From assembly GCA_021613535.1 (NCBI GenBank), contig CP075494.1, positions 5,208,001 through 5,272,000 of the forward strand: 64,000 nt of DNA, given 5' to 3'. The notes beneath the pieces are model-generated. The model saw only the letters and a program-made list of their open reading frames with translations. It made no database searches and was not told the origin of the DNA. Source of the stretch: Adineta vaga. Lineage: Eukaryota; Animalia; Rotifera. Position numbers and translations under genes: made by a program. Positions 29,176-40,315 of the stretch are shown here, piece after piece (position 1 is the stretch's first letter; each line of letters starts with the position of its first letter).

Positions 29176-30287
29176 ATGGAAGAAAATAAGCCATTATTGA
29201 AATATATAGAAAAGATTGTCCTTGAAGTTTATGATCGGTTTGTATTATTTGATATTGTTTGCATGTGAAAAGAAGAAAAAGATTTACTTCTAGTTCTTCC
29301 ATTGGATTTCCTTCATGTCGTAGTCGTCGAAGAAAGAAATTTAGTATTGCAAAATTTAATGCAAAAGAAGCAGCTTATGCTTTTCTTCGAGAATATGATG
29401 GAGAAGCTTTTGTTAAAGCACAAAAAGTAATAAAATCATTATTGTTTGCTGACTTAATTTTTTCGCATGTTCTCGATTAGATCAAAATATGGCATAATAA
29501 TCAAGAATTACACCTACGAGTACGTGATCTTATTTGTAAGTAAAAATTCTTTACGTTTGATCAAAGATTATATTTCAATAAATATTAGATGGAAATGTGA
29601 ATCAAACGTCGAGTGAAATATCAAATTCAACAGTCGTATTCATCTATCGAAAGATTATATTTAGGTTTGTTCTAATTTAAGTTCTTTTTATAAGAAATTT
29701 CGTTGAATTCTAGTGAAATAAAATGGCCGGTTATGACTGCATATCGAACAAATCGAGTACGATGGGCTCATGATCAATATGAATCAGTAAGTTAAACTAT
29801 ATTTTAGATTTAATGATTGATATTGTTAATGTCAATAGCCAATTATGAATAAAGCTATCAAATTACCGGAAATTCGTATCAATGATGAGGATTCAGCAAT
29901 TATTTTTGATAAAACATTGGAACGTGGTGTTCGGTATGTTAATGAAGAGATATTTTTAGAAGTTTTCCTATCTGAAAAATATGTTTTTAGAATGGTACCA
30001 TGTACGTCATGTATGCATCTAACTGAAGATGATGATCAATCTATATCGATAAATTCTATTGAAGAAAATAGTCAGCGACCTTGCTGTAGAGATTGTCGTA
30101 TTCATCGATCAGTTTCGGGCCTTGAAAGATTAATTAGTGTTAATGGTCAGTCATATTTGTATTGTCTACTTTTGTTTTTGACTTTCGTTTTTTTTCAGAT
30201 GAAAGAACTACAGTGGAACATGTCAATGATGATGAAAATCATTTTCAAAGTTCAATTTATATTCATGTTAATCGAATTCACAATTGA
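29176..30287 (+). CDS. Hypothetical multi-exon protein
   Basis: Chain of short exons with GT-AG introns (MEENKPLLKY...FLREYDGEAFVKAQK...RVRWAHDQY...PCTSC...CCRDC). No family recognised. Confidence 0.55.
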
Positions 30288-31145
30288 TTATATTCATGGA
30301 ATAACCAGTAGTTTTTCCTCTTTCTATAATGGTTAAGTTTCTTCTTCATTCTTGCCAAAAGAATTAATCAATTCTAATGTGATTTCTTCTTTTCATACAT
30401 AATAAATCAGAATAAGATTTAATTGCTTATCTATCGAAAGAAATGACTTGTCGTAAATCATTGAGATATGCAATTTTTTGATTTATATATTGTTTTAGCA
30501 TTTTTAATGAAAATAACGATGAAGATATATTTGAATCATGCTTTATAAGGCAAAAACAAATGTTCTAGCACTGCCTAGTCTCATATATAATCGACACATT
30601 TATTTACTAATCAATCATTGATGTGATGCCGATAACTTATAAATAACTATCACGTTGAATTCAACGTTCGATATATCAATCAATTATGTATGAAATAGTC
30701 TCAACAGACTTGAATATTTTTGGAATTTTCATACTAGTTTACCTTCTATTGTTTTTGATTGAGTAATAATGATTTTGAATGAATAAGTGTTTTCAATTTC
30801 CGTTCTATCCTCATCGTTCTACTAGTTCATTGTCTAGATTGAGACATACCATGATAAACTCATTTATAAAGGGTGAGTATAAAATCATATTTGTACAAAA
30901 GCTCCGACTATAATTCTATTTACATTCCATTATTATTTTTTATTCTCAATATAAGTATGAGGTTTCAGAAACAAAGACGTATACTGTATGGTGAAAGAAT
31001 AATCAATCGTTGTTCTTCTATACAAAGATATAGAAATGAACATTGACATTTTACCATTGTTCTTTCTTCATTACATGATTATCATGTAAATATTCGAAGT
31101 GATGTTCATCAAATCGTTATTATTAGATTGAAAGTGTGTAGAAAT

Positions 31146-32219
31146 ATGGTAAATGATAAGCAACAATCGAATGAAATGATTATAACTTTAGAAACATGGG
31201 AAAAAATATGGTGTGCGCAGAATTCTTCTTATTCTAAATCTAAGAAAAATCATAAACTGAAAACTTGGTTAATATTACTACGACAGAAACCTGTATTTAT
31301 TTGGATAATTTCCATCATACAAATTATCGTTTTTATTGGTGAATTAGGTAGGAACTGGGCATTAACTGGTAGTCCAATTGAAATTAAACCGTCATTCAAT
31401 CTAGGACTTGGTCCAAGTTTATTTGTATTGATTAATATGGGTGCACGTTTTTCACCATGTATGCATTCAATTCCTGGTATTACAGATAATAAATTTTATT
31501 ATTTCTCCTGTCCGAATTATACAGGTTCGATCGAACAAAGTTCATGTACTTTAAATGAACTTTGTGGTTTTACCTATTCAACACCGCCGAATCAATGGTA
31601 TCGTTTTATGTTTCCAATTTTTCTTCATACGGGACTTATTCATATTATTCTAAATCTTCTTACTCAACTCATTATCGGGACACGTATAGAAAGAAAGAAT
31701 GGTACTCTTCGAGTAGTTCTCATTTACTTCATATCCGGTGTCTTTGGAATCGTTCTCGATACAAATTTTGCTCCGAATGGTTTTGTAACTGTTGGCTGTA
31801 GTGGGTCACTTTTTGGTTTAGTTGCCCTATATCTTTTGAATATATTATATGATTGGCATAGTAGTTCATCCTGTTATCCATTGCTCAATATTATGATCGA
31901 TATTGTGATTACATTTAGTCTAGGATTTTTCCCAAATATAAGTAATTTCAATCATATTGGTGGTTTTATTATGGGCTTGTCTTTAGGTGTGGTCTTACTA
32001 GCACAACCGAAAAGATTTCGTTCTATTAAGTGGTGGATTTGGTCGATTATACGTTGTGCTTATTTACTAATGATAATTGTTATATATGTAGTGTCATTTG
32101 AGAATATTTATTCAAGAAAATTTCAATGTTCTTGGTGTAAATATCTTGATTGTTTACCAATTCGTAATTGGTGTGATATAGGTTATCTGAAAAAAATAAA
32201 TACTACAATGACTTCATGA
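31146..32219 (+). CDS. Rhomboid intramembrane serine protease, fungal-type, intronless
   Basis: NQWYRFMFPIFLHTGLIHIILN, catalytic GCSG and HIGG; Cys-rich loop INMGARFSPCM...CPN...CTLNELCGF; tail CSWCKYLDCLP. Confidence 0.9.
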   Translation: MVNDKQQSNEMIITLETWEKIWCAQNSSYSKSKKNHKLKTWLILLRQKPVFIWIISIIQIIVFIGELGRNWALTGSPIEIKPSFNLGLGPSLFVLINMGARFSPCMHSIPGITDNKFYYFSCPNYTGSIEQSSCTLNELCGFTYSTPPNQWYRFMFPIFLHTGLIHIILNLLTQLIIGTRIERKNGTLRVVLIYFISGVFGIVLDTNFAPNGFVTVGCSGSLFGLVALYLLNILYDWHSSSSCYPLLNIMIDIVITFSLGFFPNISNFNHIGGFIMGLSLGVVLLAQPKRFRSIKWWIWSIIRCAYLLMIIVIYVVSFENIYSRKFQCSWCKYLDCLPIRNWCDIGYLKKINTTMTS

Positions 32220-33093
32220 CGTATTAATGAAAAACCAGTCATATATTTACTTAATTAAAATAAAGATGACGATGTAATTATATGGGTGTAGAAGAGATAG
32301 AAAAAATTGAAGACTACTATTTTGCGTAGTTTACCATGTTGAAGATTTAAATTGCAGCTTTCCTTACTGTTGATATTCCCTCGTTGGAGATAAAACTATT
32401 AATTAATGATATCAATCAAACATAATCGACATCAGATGTTCTTAATCATATTATATTTAGCTGCTTTCCCTCACCATGAATGAGTTCAGTTTATTAAGAA
32501 AGTTCTTCAAAATACTTTTATCAATATTGATTATTACTATTGTTTTGTTCATTCAAATTATTAAAAAAAAATAACGTCTTCGTCAACAAGTTCAATGGCA
32601 CAAATATTTGGATTATCGTACAATACAACTGGTGAATTTGAAGTGTATTTATGGTTTCTAAATTATTTTATTATTCTGTTGATGTCATTTCTATTTCTTG
32701 GATCATCGAAAGAGATTTGGATACAAATAAAAAGAGCTACTGAAAATACAATAGATTCAAAACACATTTACTTGCTCAAATCGAAATAGGACCATGAACA
32801 TACTAAGAAGGCCATAAAGAAAAAGGTAATTACACTAGATTTATTTCACAATCATTCTACTATGTAATTATAGTTGAATGAATTTCTCATTTTGTTCTTT
32901 TAATCGGGAAAATTGTTATGCTTCTTTGTTTTATTTATTAAAATCTACTGCTTTAGTGCTTTATGGTTGAATTTTGTTGAAGAATTGAAATAAAATTTGT
33001 ACGAATAGAGCAATCTTTTCTTTATCTGTTACTCACACGCACATCTCTTCACATTCACGTTTCCATATCAAGTTAAAACAAAAGTTTCGAATA

Positions 33094-34632
33094 TCATTTT
33101 TTACCAGTAGTCGCGGGTATCAATGTTGGTAATGGTTTAATATCAGGTAAGACCATTTCTTGTCTAGCAGTTGGATTATTTAACATTGTTTCTTTTTTAT
33201 AATATTCAAGAAATAAACCACCATTCATTAATTGTGGATTCAGACGAAGAAATTCTTCAAAACCGATCTCCTTGGGACTTTGTGCAATTGCTAAATCTAT
33301 CATTTGAATCCAGAAATAGGTCATTGTAAAATGAAAGGTTGTTTTTCGTGAAACTTGACTATTAGCAATGAAATTTTTAATCCCATCAAAGATTTTCTTC
33401 ACACCCGTTCGACGACCATCGCGTGTCAGATAAAGCCATGCCATTCGAACATGAGTCCTATGTGACCAGCTTGTCAATGTACACGATTCAAATTGTTTCA
33501 GAAATTCATCATCATCATCATCATCGATTTCAACGACAGACTGTTCTTCTCTTCCACTAGTCACTTTCGAAACAGCTTTATTTGCTGTGGGTAAAATACT
33601 TGGTAACTGTTTCACATCTGCTAATATAACAGATGCTTTGGCTTCATTACTATATAATGTTTCTTTTTTGTAATATGCTAATGGAAGTTCTGCTTCGTTC
33701 AGTATTTGAGGATTCATCAATAAAAATCCAGGAAAATCATTTGTTGGATTCTTTGTTGCTTCACGTGCATAATGAACAATTTGAATCCAGAAATAAGTCA
33801 ATGTTTCATTAATATCATTGATATAAGTAGGAAGATGATTAAATATTGCTTTGATTGTTTCTTTTCGATTGTGAAGTTGTAAATAACTCCAGATTGTTCT
33901 TAAGAATGATCGATGATCGAATTGTTCGGAAAGCAATTGATGTTTTTGAAATTTATCAATGAATTCTTCATCAGTATCGTCATCGACTTGTGATAACCAT
34001 TCTAAGGATTTTTGTGCTTCAGGACGAGCTGCTGTTGTTGAATCCTCAGGAGTATCCAACTCCACAGCTAATGGTCTGTCAAGACGATTTGATGAAGATT
34101 TTAATACACTAATCAGCCAATCTAAACCTTCGTATAATCCGTCACCATTTATAGCTGAACAAGGTTGCACATGATATGATCTATTACGCATATGACTCAT
34201 TCGCATCTGTTCGACAATCTCATTTATCGGTAATGCGTGTATTAGGTCAGTTTTATTCAAATAGAATAAGATCGGTACTCCATACATTTCTTCTTCACTT
34301 ACAAGACGCGATAATTCATCTTTTGCCTCATGTAAACGCTCACGATCATTTGTATCAATAACAAAAATCATTGCTTGTGTATTTTGAAAATAATGCCGAA
34401 GTAAAGGACGAATTTTATCACAACCACCTACATCCCATATAGTTAATTTTGTATCGTTATACTCAATTGTTTCGACATTAAAACCAATTGTAGGAATTGC
34501 TGTAACTACTTCACCCAATTTGAATCGATAAAGAATCGTTGTTTTACCTGATGCATCAAGACCAATGAACAGTGCTCGATATTCAGGTTTACCAAAGATT
34601 TTATTTAACATTATACGAATATGTGATGCCAT
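33094..34632 (-). CDS. ARF-family GTPase fused to a tandemly duplicated unknown domain, intronless
   Basis: [34 protein letters not shown], followed by two roughly 140-aa repeats sharing TYFWIQ, NPQ and YYKKET. Confidence 0.9.
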   Translation of the reverse strand: MASHIRIMLNKIFGKPEYRALFIGLDASGKTTILYRFKLGEVVTAIPTIGFNVETIEYNDTKLTIWDVGGCDKIRPLLRHYFQNTQAMIFVIDTNDRERLHEAKDELSRLVSEEEMYGVPILFYLNKTDLIHALPINEIVEQMRMSHMRNRSYHVQPCSAINGDGLYEGLDWLISVLKSSSNRLDRPLAVELDTPEDSTTAARPEAQKSLEWLSQVDDDTDEEFIDKFQKHQLLSEQFDHRSFLRTIWSYLQLHNRKETIKAIFNHLPTYINDINETLTYFWIQIVHYAREATKNPTNDFPGFLLMNPQILNEAELPLAYYKKETLYSNEAKASVILADVKQLPSILPTANKAVSKVTSGREEQSVVEIDDDDDDEFLKQFESCTLTSWSHRTHVRMAWLYLTRDGRRTGVKKIFDGIKNFIANSQVSRKTTFHFTMTYFWIQMIDLAIAQSPKEIGFEEFLRLNPQLMNGGLFLEYYKKETMLNNPTARQEMVLPDIKPLPTLIPATTGKK

Positions 34633-35007
34633 AACAAAATAGAATTTCTTTTTCTTCTAATTCAAAAGCATACTTCTATATACTTCTATTTTTTTTTCAT
34701 TCTGTTCTATATTGCCTCCACGTTGGCAATATTATGATTTTGCGTACGTACACGTCGAGTCGACGTTTACGATGACGTGTCGAAAGCAAGAAATTCATTA
34801 AATTCAACATATACGTAGTTATATTCAGCTGATGTTTGAAGTAAATATCTCGCTAGTTTTGTTCATATCTGGCTCTTCGAATTGAAAATGATACGATGAA
34901 AACTGAAGTTATACTGAGTATAAATATCACAACGTATTCTTCACATTGTGTCTCTTGAAAAACTTGCAAAATAGATAAGAGTAGGTTGTTGTGATAAGAC
35001 CAACAAG

Positions 35008-36097
35008 ATGGATTCAGTTGTTTCGATTATACCACTTCTTGGACAAATTCTACTCGATAATGGGAATCCATTTCCATTGGTACTCACACCAAAATCCGAC
35101 AGTATGGCTAACTTATCCGATGTGATGACTTTTATAGAGCAATATCGTGAAGAATTACTTTCTTTTTTGATTCAATCTGGTGCAATTTTATTCCGTAACT
35201 TTCCTATTTCAGATGCTCTCGCATTTGATACGTTTGCACGAGCATTCAAATGGAATCCTTTACCATATATTGGTGGTGCTGCACCACGTCGACAAATAAC
35301 TGAGATAGTTTTTACTTCAAATGAAAGCCCACCATCAGAACCTATACCATTTCATCATGAAATGGCACAAGTACCCAAATTTCCTGAACATTTGATGTTC
35401 TTTTGTGAAATACCATCAAAATGCGGCGGTGAAACACCGATTGCTTATTCACCGATGGTTTACAATCGAATCAGTAGAGCATTACCTGATTTTGTACAAA
35501 AATTGGAAGATACACACGTACGATATACTCGAATATTACCGAATGGCGATGATCCACAATCAGCTATTGGGCGAGGATGGCAATCAACATATCAAACTCA
35601 AGATCGTTTACGTGCTGAACAAGTTTGTCAAGAGCAAGGCACTGGTATATGTATTTCATGTCTATATTTTGAATAGTAATCACTTGCATTTATATTTTAG
35701 ATTGTGAATGGTTGAACGATGGTTGTTTAAAAACTATAACAAAAATTCTACCAGCAGTTCGATTTGATGAAAGAACTGGTACATTAGATTGATCTACTTT
35801 GTGTTTCAAAGACTAATTTGATTTTTTATAGGTAAAAAATCATGGTTTAATTCCATCGTTGCAGCTTATACAGGATGGTCAGACAAACGAAATGATGGCA
35901 AACGAGCAGTGACATTTGCTGATGGTACTTTGATGGATAAAGATGATATTGATCAATGCGCTTCTATACTCAACGAATTTAGTGTTACTTTCACTTGGCA
36001 ACAAGGAGATGTTCTATTGATTGATAATCGTCAAGTTTTACATGCTCGTAAATCATTTGAACCACCTCGACGTATTCTAGCTGCACTTTTTCAATAA
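35008..36097 (+). CDS. Clavaminate-synthase-like TauD/TfdA Fe(II)/2-oxoglutarate dioxygenase, 3 exons
   Basis: GAILFRNF, YIGGAAPR, NESPPSEPIPFHHEM (HxE), GGETP, SAIGRGW, WQQGDVLLIDNRQVLHAR, RRILAAL. Confidence 0.92.
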
Positions 36098-36572
36098 ATA
36101 TAATCAGGTTTTGCTCAATAAAACATAGTATTACTTTCGAATTAAATGTGAATCAGATGCTTAAATTTCAAGTCTTATTTTCTTAAACTCGATCTATTCT
36201 ATACCATGACTCTGAACAGGACGGAATGAGAATACTCCAACCCGTTTTGCTACAGTATGATTCATAGAACACAAAAATGTTTTTTACAGAAGTATGGCAA
36301 CATCATTATTCATCGAAATACGCCCACTAGTTGCATTTCTTTTCAATGTGTGGTTTAAAATTTGTTTCGTTCTCTCAAACCGTAGACGGATTGTAAAATG
36401 TCGCATTGAATTACATTCGATATATGTTACTTCGTTGGAAAATTTCCCTATGAGAGTGAAAGGGAATATTGTATTTGTTATGACGCATTTTTAACAACGT
36501 CTGCGCTTCATCTTATATAAACGTGCAAAATTCCGATAAAATTTATTTTCGAACTTCACAAAATTCCTCACA

Positions 36573-37349
36573 ATGTTATTTTTATTCGTTTTATCTTATA
36601 CAGTTACTCTCCTATTGAGTTCAACAATAGCAGGTAATTCTGGTGAATGCGTCATTGATCCTGAAAGCGCCAGTTCAATATGTACTGAATATTGTAATGC
36701 ACTCGATTGTGTAATTGGTAATTGTTCAGGTGATACCTGTGAATGTATGCAATGTCTCAATCTACTCGTATGTATTTATACATCACATTTTCTATTCTGA
36801 AATCTAAATATTTTTGAACTATCTCACAGGTAAACAACTACGAGAATAAGGATATGAGACTGGCAGAACCAGTTGAAATTGATGATAAAGAAAATGATAG
36901 CAGAACTATTACGATTCCCACAACAAACGTCAGATATGAAAATGATAATAGTGATGAAGTGAATGTTGATAATAGTACTGTTCGAACGGTCCCAACAATA
37001 ACAGCAAGTACAGCAACCAAAAAATGGTTTCGAATTGATTCTACGAGTGTTGTTTATTTCTTGTTGGTTACATGTATTTTGCTTGCTATTGCTCTAACAA
37101 TAACATGTATTTTGATTTACACTCACATATACAAAAAACCTATTCAGATGGTAAATATCACATTAATTCTTTCAAATATGAACTAAATCTTTTTTTCCAT
37201 AGGTAATATCACGACAAGCTAAAGCCAAAGATCAATTTGGTAAGTCAAATTAGCGACAACTATATATCAAGTGCATTGTAACCATTTGTTTAGATATTGA
37301 TGGAATACCACTAAATTATTATCATCCCGTTCAATTGAATGAAGTATAA
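36573..37349 (+). CDS. Type I membrane protein with N-terminal 8-Cys CS-alpha-beta (defensin/ASABF-like) domain, 4 exons
   Basis: Signal peptide, CVIDPESASSICTEYCNALDCVIGNCSGDTCECMQC, T-rich stalk, TM VVYFLLVTCILLAIALTITCILIY and short tail. Introns 36768-36829, 37151-37202 and about 37240-37293 keep the frame. Confidence 0.72.
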
Positions 37350-37558
37350 TTTAAAATGATCTTTTTTTACTCATGTTAAACGATTCTTTCATAAATAAAA
37401 ATGTTTTAGAAAAAAGTATGACTCTTACGCTGATTCATTTTGTTCTTAAGAAACAGATAAGAAATATTTGTTTAAGATATGCCACGTTTTCATCTGTGAA
37501 GTCATATCGAGAGTATAAAACGAATAGATTCAATCACTTACTTTATTTTCCTTTCAAA

Positions 37559-38092
37559 ATGGATGAAAAACAACTAACAAAAGATCATCTTCATAATAGA
37601 TTACGCGAAGAAATCAATATCATTCGCAGAACATTGGATACATATACTATGTCAACTATTCGTTGGTTACAACGATATTCACATTGTTATTCAATTCCAT
37701 GTTCATTTATCTGTTTACCTTTATGGATTCTTATCTTACCTATTGCATTCGCACTTGATATCTGCATTTATTCTATTCTATTAATCGTTTTCTTAATTAT
37801 TTTTATTCTTACCATCATTATAGCGCCTTATCAAATAGCATACAAATATTCCTCATGTATCGATGGTTGGAATCCAATAAATATATATCGATATAGTTTA
37901 GCTGTAACATTCATGTGGATTCATACGATCTATGCGATGTTTCTAATGATGTGGGGATGTTATTGTGGTTCTGGTCGAATTGAAGATGGTGCACCGATAT
38001 GTTGTATTTATATCTGTTGTGAACCATGTCGTCAATCATGTCAACAAGCCACACATGTTGAAATTAATACACAAATATGTACAATTCTTTAA
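37559..38092 (+). CDS. Small Cys-rich membrane protein ending in CaaX (CTIL)
   Basis: Single ORF with long hydrophobic segments, a CCIYICCEPC cluster and C-terminal CTIL. Confidence 0.6.
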   Translation: MDEKQLTKDHLHNRLREEINIIRRTLDTYTMSTIRWLQRYSHCYSIPCSFICLPLWILILPIAFALDICIYSILLIVFLIIFILTIIIAPYQIAYKYSSCIDGWNPINIYRYSLAVTFMWIHTIYAMFLMMWGCYCGSGRIEDGAPICCIYICCEPCRQSCQQATHVEINTQICTIL

Positions 38093-38180
38093 TGAGAAGA
38101 GTTCCATTGAATGGAAAATAAGATAAAACAATATAAATAAGACAAGACAGAACAACATCGATCTTTTAACAAAAAGAAAA

Positions 38181-38951
38181 TCATCGTAACGGAAAAGCTT
38201 GATCAATAGTTAAACATATTTCTAAAATTGGATTTTTCTTTAATAAACTTCCGGTATATAATCGATACGTTGGTCGAGCATATCTTGATGTAAAACTATA
38301 AATTATATTATCTTTATCATCATCATAGATTTGTTTATGATAGATTACACAAATTCGTACGTCGAGATGACGAAGATGTGGTAGATCAGTATCAATTAAA
38401 TTTTTCCAATTAGTATCATCAAGCCAATCAAGTTGTGCAGTATTAAAATCAATCATTGTCAATGTTTCTAAACATTGAAAATGTTTTAATAATTGTCGAC
38501 ATTGATAGAATGAAAGATTTTTCAATCTTCGTAGAACTAATGTATGAATATGTGATAAATTTATTGGAAATTCATTTAATAATTGTTCATAAGAACTATT
38601 ATGCCATAATCTAAGTGTATTGATTTGCCAAGAAGGTATGTGAGGAAGAATATGTTTGAGATAGAGATTATTTTCTTTCGTTGAATGTATAACAAAACCA
38701 CGAAGACATGAGAAAATAATTAATTGATTAAATCGAGTATTTAAACGATAAAATAATGTATAAATATCAGATAGTGTTAAATAACTGAAGATTTCCAAGA
38801 GAATTTCATTGGGTAAATGTTCAAATGAAGTATGTTTTGAAGGACGCCATTTTCTGATTTTATAACGAAGTTTATATTCATTTTTCAATGAAGAAAGACA
38901 AGCAAATCGCGAACTTAAATATTGAACGAATGTATGTGATGTATTTAACAT
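38181..38951 (-). CDS. F-box domain protein with degenerate LRR-like C-terminus
   Basis: FEHLPNEILLEIFSYLTLSDIYTLFYRLNTRFNQLI F-box motif; single exon. Confidence 0.82.
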   Translation of the reverse strand: MLNTSHTFVQYLSSRFACLSSLKNEYKLRYKIRKWRPSKHTSFEHLPNEILLEIFSYLTLSDIYTLFYRLNTRFNQLIIFSCLRGFVIHSTKENNLYLKHILPHIPSWQINTLRLWHNSSYEQLLNEFPINLSHIHTLVLRRLKNLSFYQCRQLLKHFQCLETLTMIDFNTAQLDWLDDTNWKNLIDTDLPHLRHLDVRICVIYHKQIYDDDKDNIIYSFTSRYARPTYRLYTGSLLKKNPILEICLTIDQAFPLR

Positions 38952-39199
38952 TTCTGAGAAATTGTTAAAAAACAAACTAAGAAGAATTTTAATTGACGTC
39001 AAGAAAAATACTGATTGGTGATTGTGTGTCAGCCAATGTAGCAAGAAAACAATCCTAGAAAAAGAATTTTCCTTTTTCTTTCAGTTCTTCGCGTACAAAC
39101 GTCGCTAACAAAAGTTCATATACGGTGATAGAATCAGTTCTGTATATAATAAACGTCAATTATTGACATACAACTTTATTTTCTTCTTTATAATGGAAT

Positions 39200-39960
39200 G
39201 AGTCGTGTGATAGTTATAGTACTGGTCAAAGGAATCACCGAGTTAGAATTCAATTTTTTTAGTATAATCATTTTTAATTGAGGTCTAAGAATAACAACCA
39301 TTGGAGTACATAATCTTAGAATTGATAAATTAAGATAAAGCCATTCAATACGAAGAAAATGTGTTTGTTCTTTATCAGTGATATAAAATTTGATTCATTG
39401 TTCGAGAGTTTTCAAAAAAATTGTGTAATATGTATGTATATATAAATAACAACAACAATATCAATGGAACTTCATAAGCATTGAATACATTCTATATGCA
39501 AACACGAGTATTCTTATATGATATATACCCGGAAATACTGAAGCCATCGATGTGATAAATAGACTACCGGTCAAAGACGATAGAAAGCCTAGAAAGAAAA
39601 AATAACTAAGATCAAACTTTCACATTGATTCTACCATTTCTCGATTGACAAAAACTCTAGTATAGTGGACTGAAGAAAATCTCAAAAAAATATCATGCAC
39701 AGGTACACCATACTGAATCAAAATTTTGTTCATAAAAATCACTTAATAATGCTTGAATATTGAATGATACTACGATTGTTGTATAAACGAGAAGTAACAC
39801 ATAAATAGTGGTGCTAGTAATAAGAGTTATTTGATCTTCTTGTCTTATACGATTATAATATAGATAATTAATGATAATTGTTAAGATAAACAATGAGGTA
39901 AGACATACGAATAAGCCAGCAATGAGCGTCATGAAATTCAATACTATTAAAAATCGTCTT
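39200..39960 (-). pseudogene. Decayed 7TM receptor gene
   Basis: TM1-TM2-like ORF at 39693-39941, then in-frame stops around the WC and AFYRL (DRY-equivalent) regions and frameshifted TM7-like remains. Confidence 0.55.
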
Positions 39961-40315
39961 TCAAATGATACTCTTTATACATAAGAAGAAGTGCATACTA
40001 ATAAAATCATGTGTATCGTCTTCATGTTAAAATGTAAGTAAGATTAAAAATCTGTTTATATTCTCTAAGGATTTAACCTTTGTATATGTGAAATGGAATC
40101 CTCTTTGACTTGATTACATTTTGAATCTCAGAGATCATTTTTTTCTTATTTTTATTTTTGCATTAGAAATGTTCGTAAGTGAAGATTCGGTACAATAACA
40201 TACTTCTGTTTCATCTTACATTTCTTCGCATGCGATTAGGACAGAACAAAAGAAAAGTATGAGTCATTCTTTAACTTATATATGGTGTGCTTGTTGGTGT
40301 TCTCTTTTTCATTCG

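Noticed and set aside
32595-32789. Short ORF MAQIFGLSYNTTGEFE
   Set aside because: No recognisable domain or consistent exon chain.
33959-34361. Plus-strand ORFs overlapping the ARF fusion, and similar shadow ORFs at 40531, 44046, 54415, 55579, 57783 and 61704-63986
   Set aside because: Antisense or alternate-frame shadows of well-supported genes.
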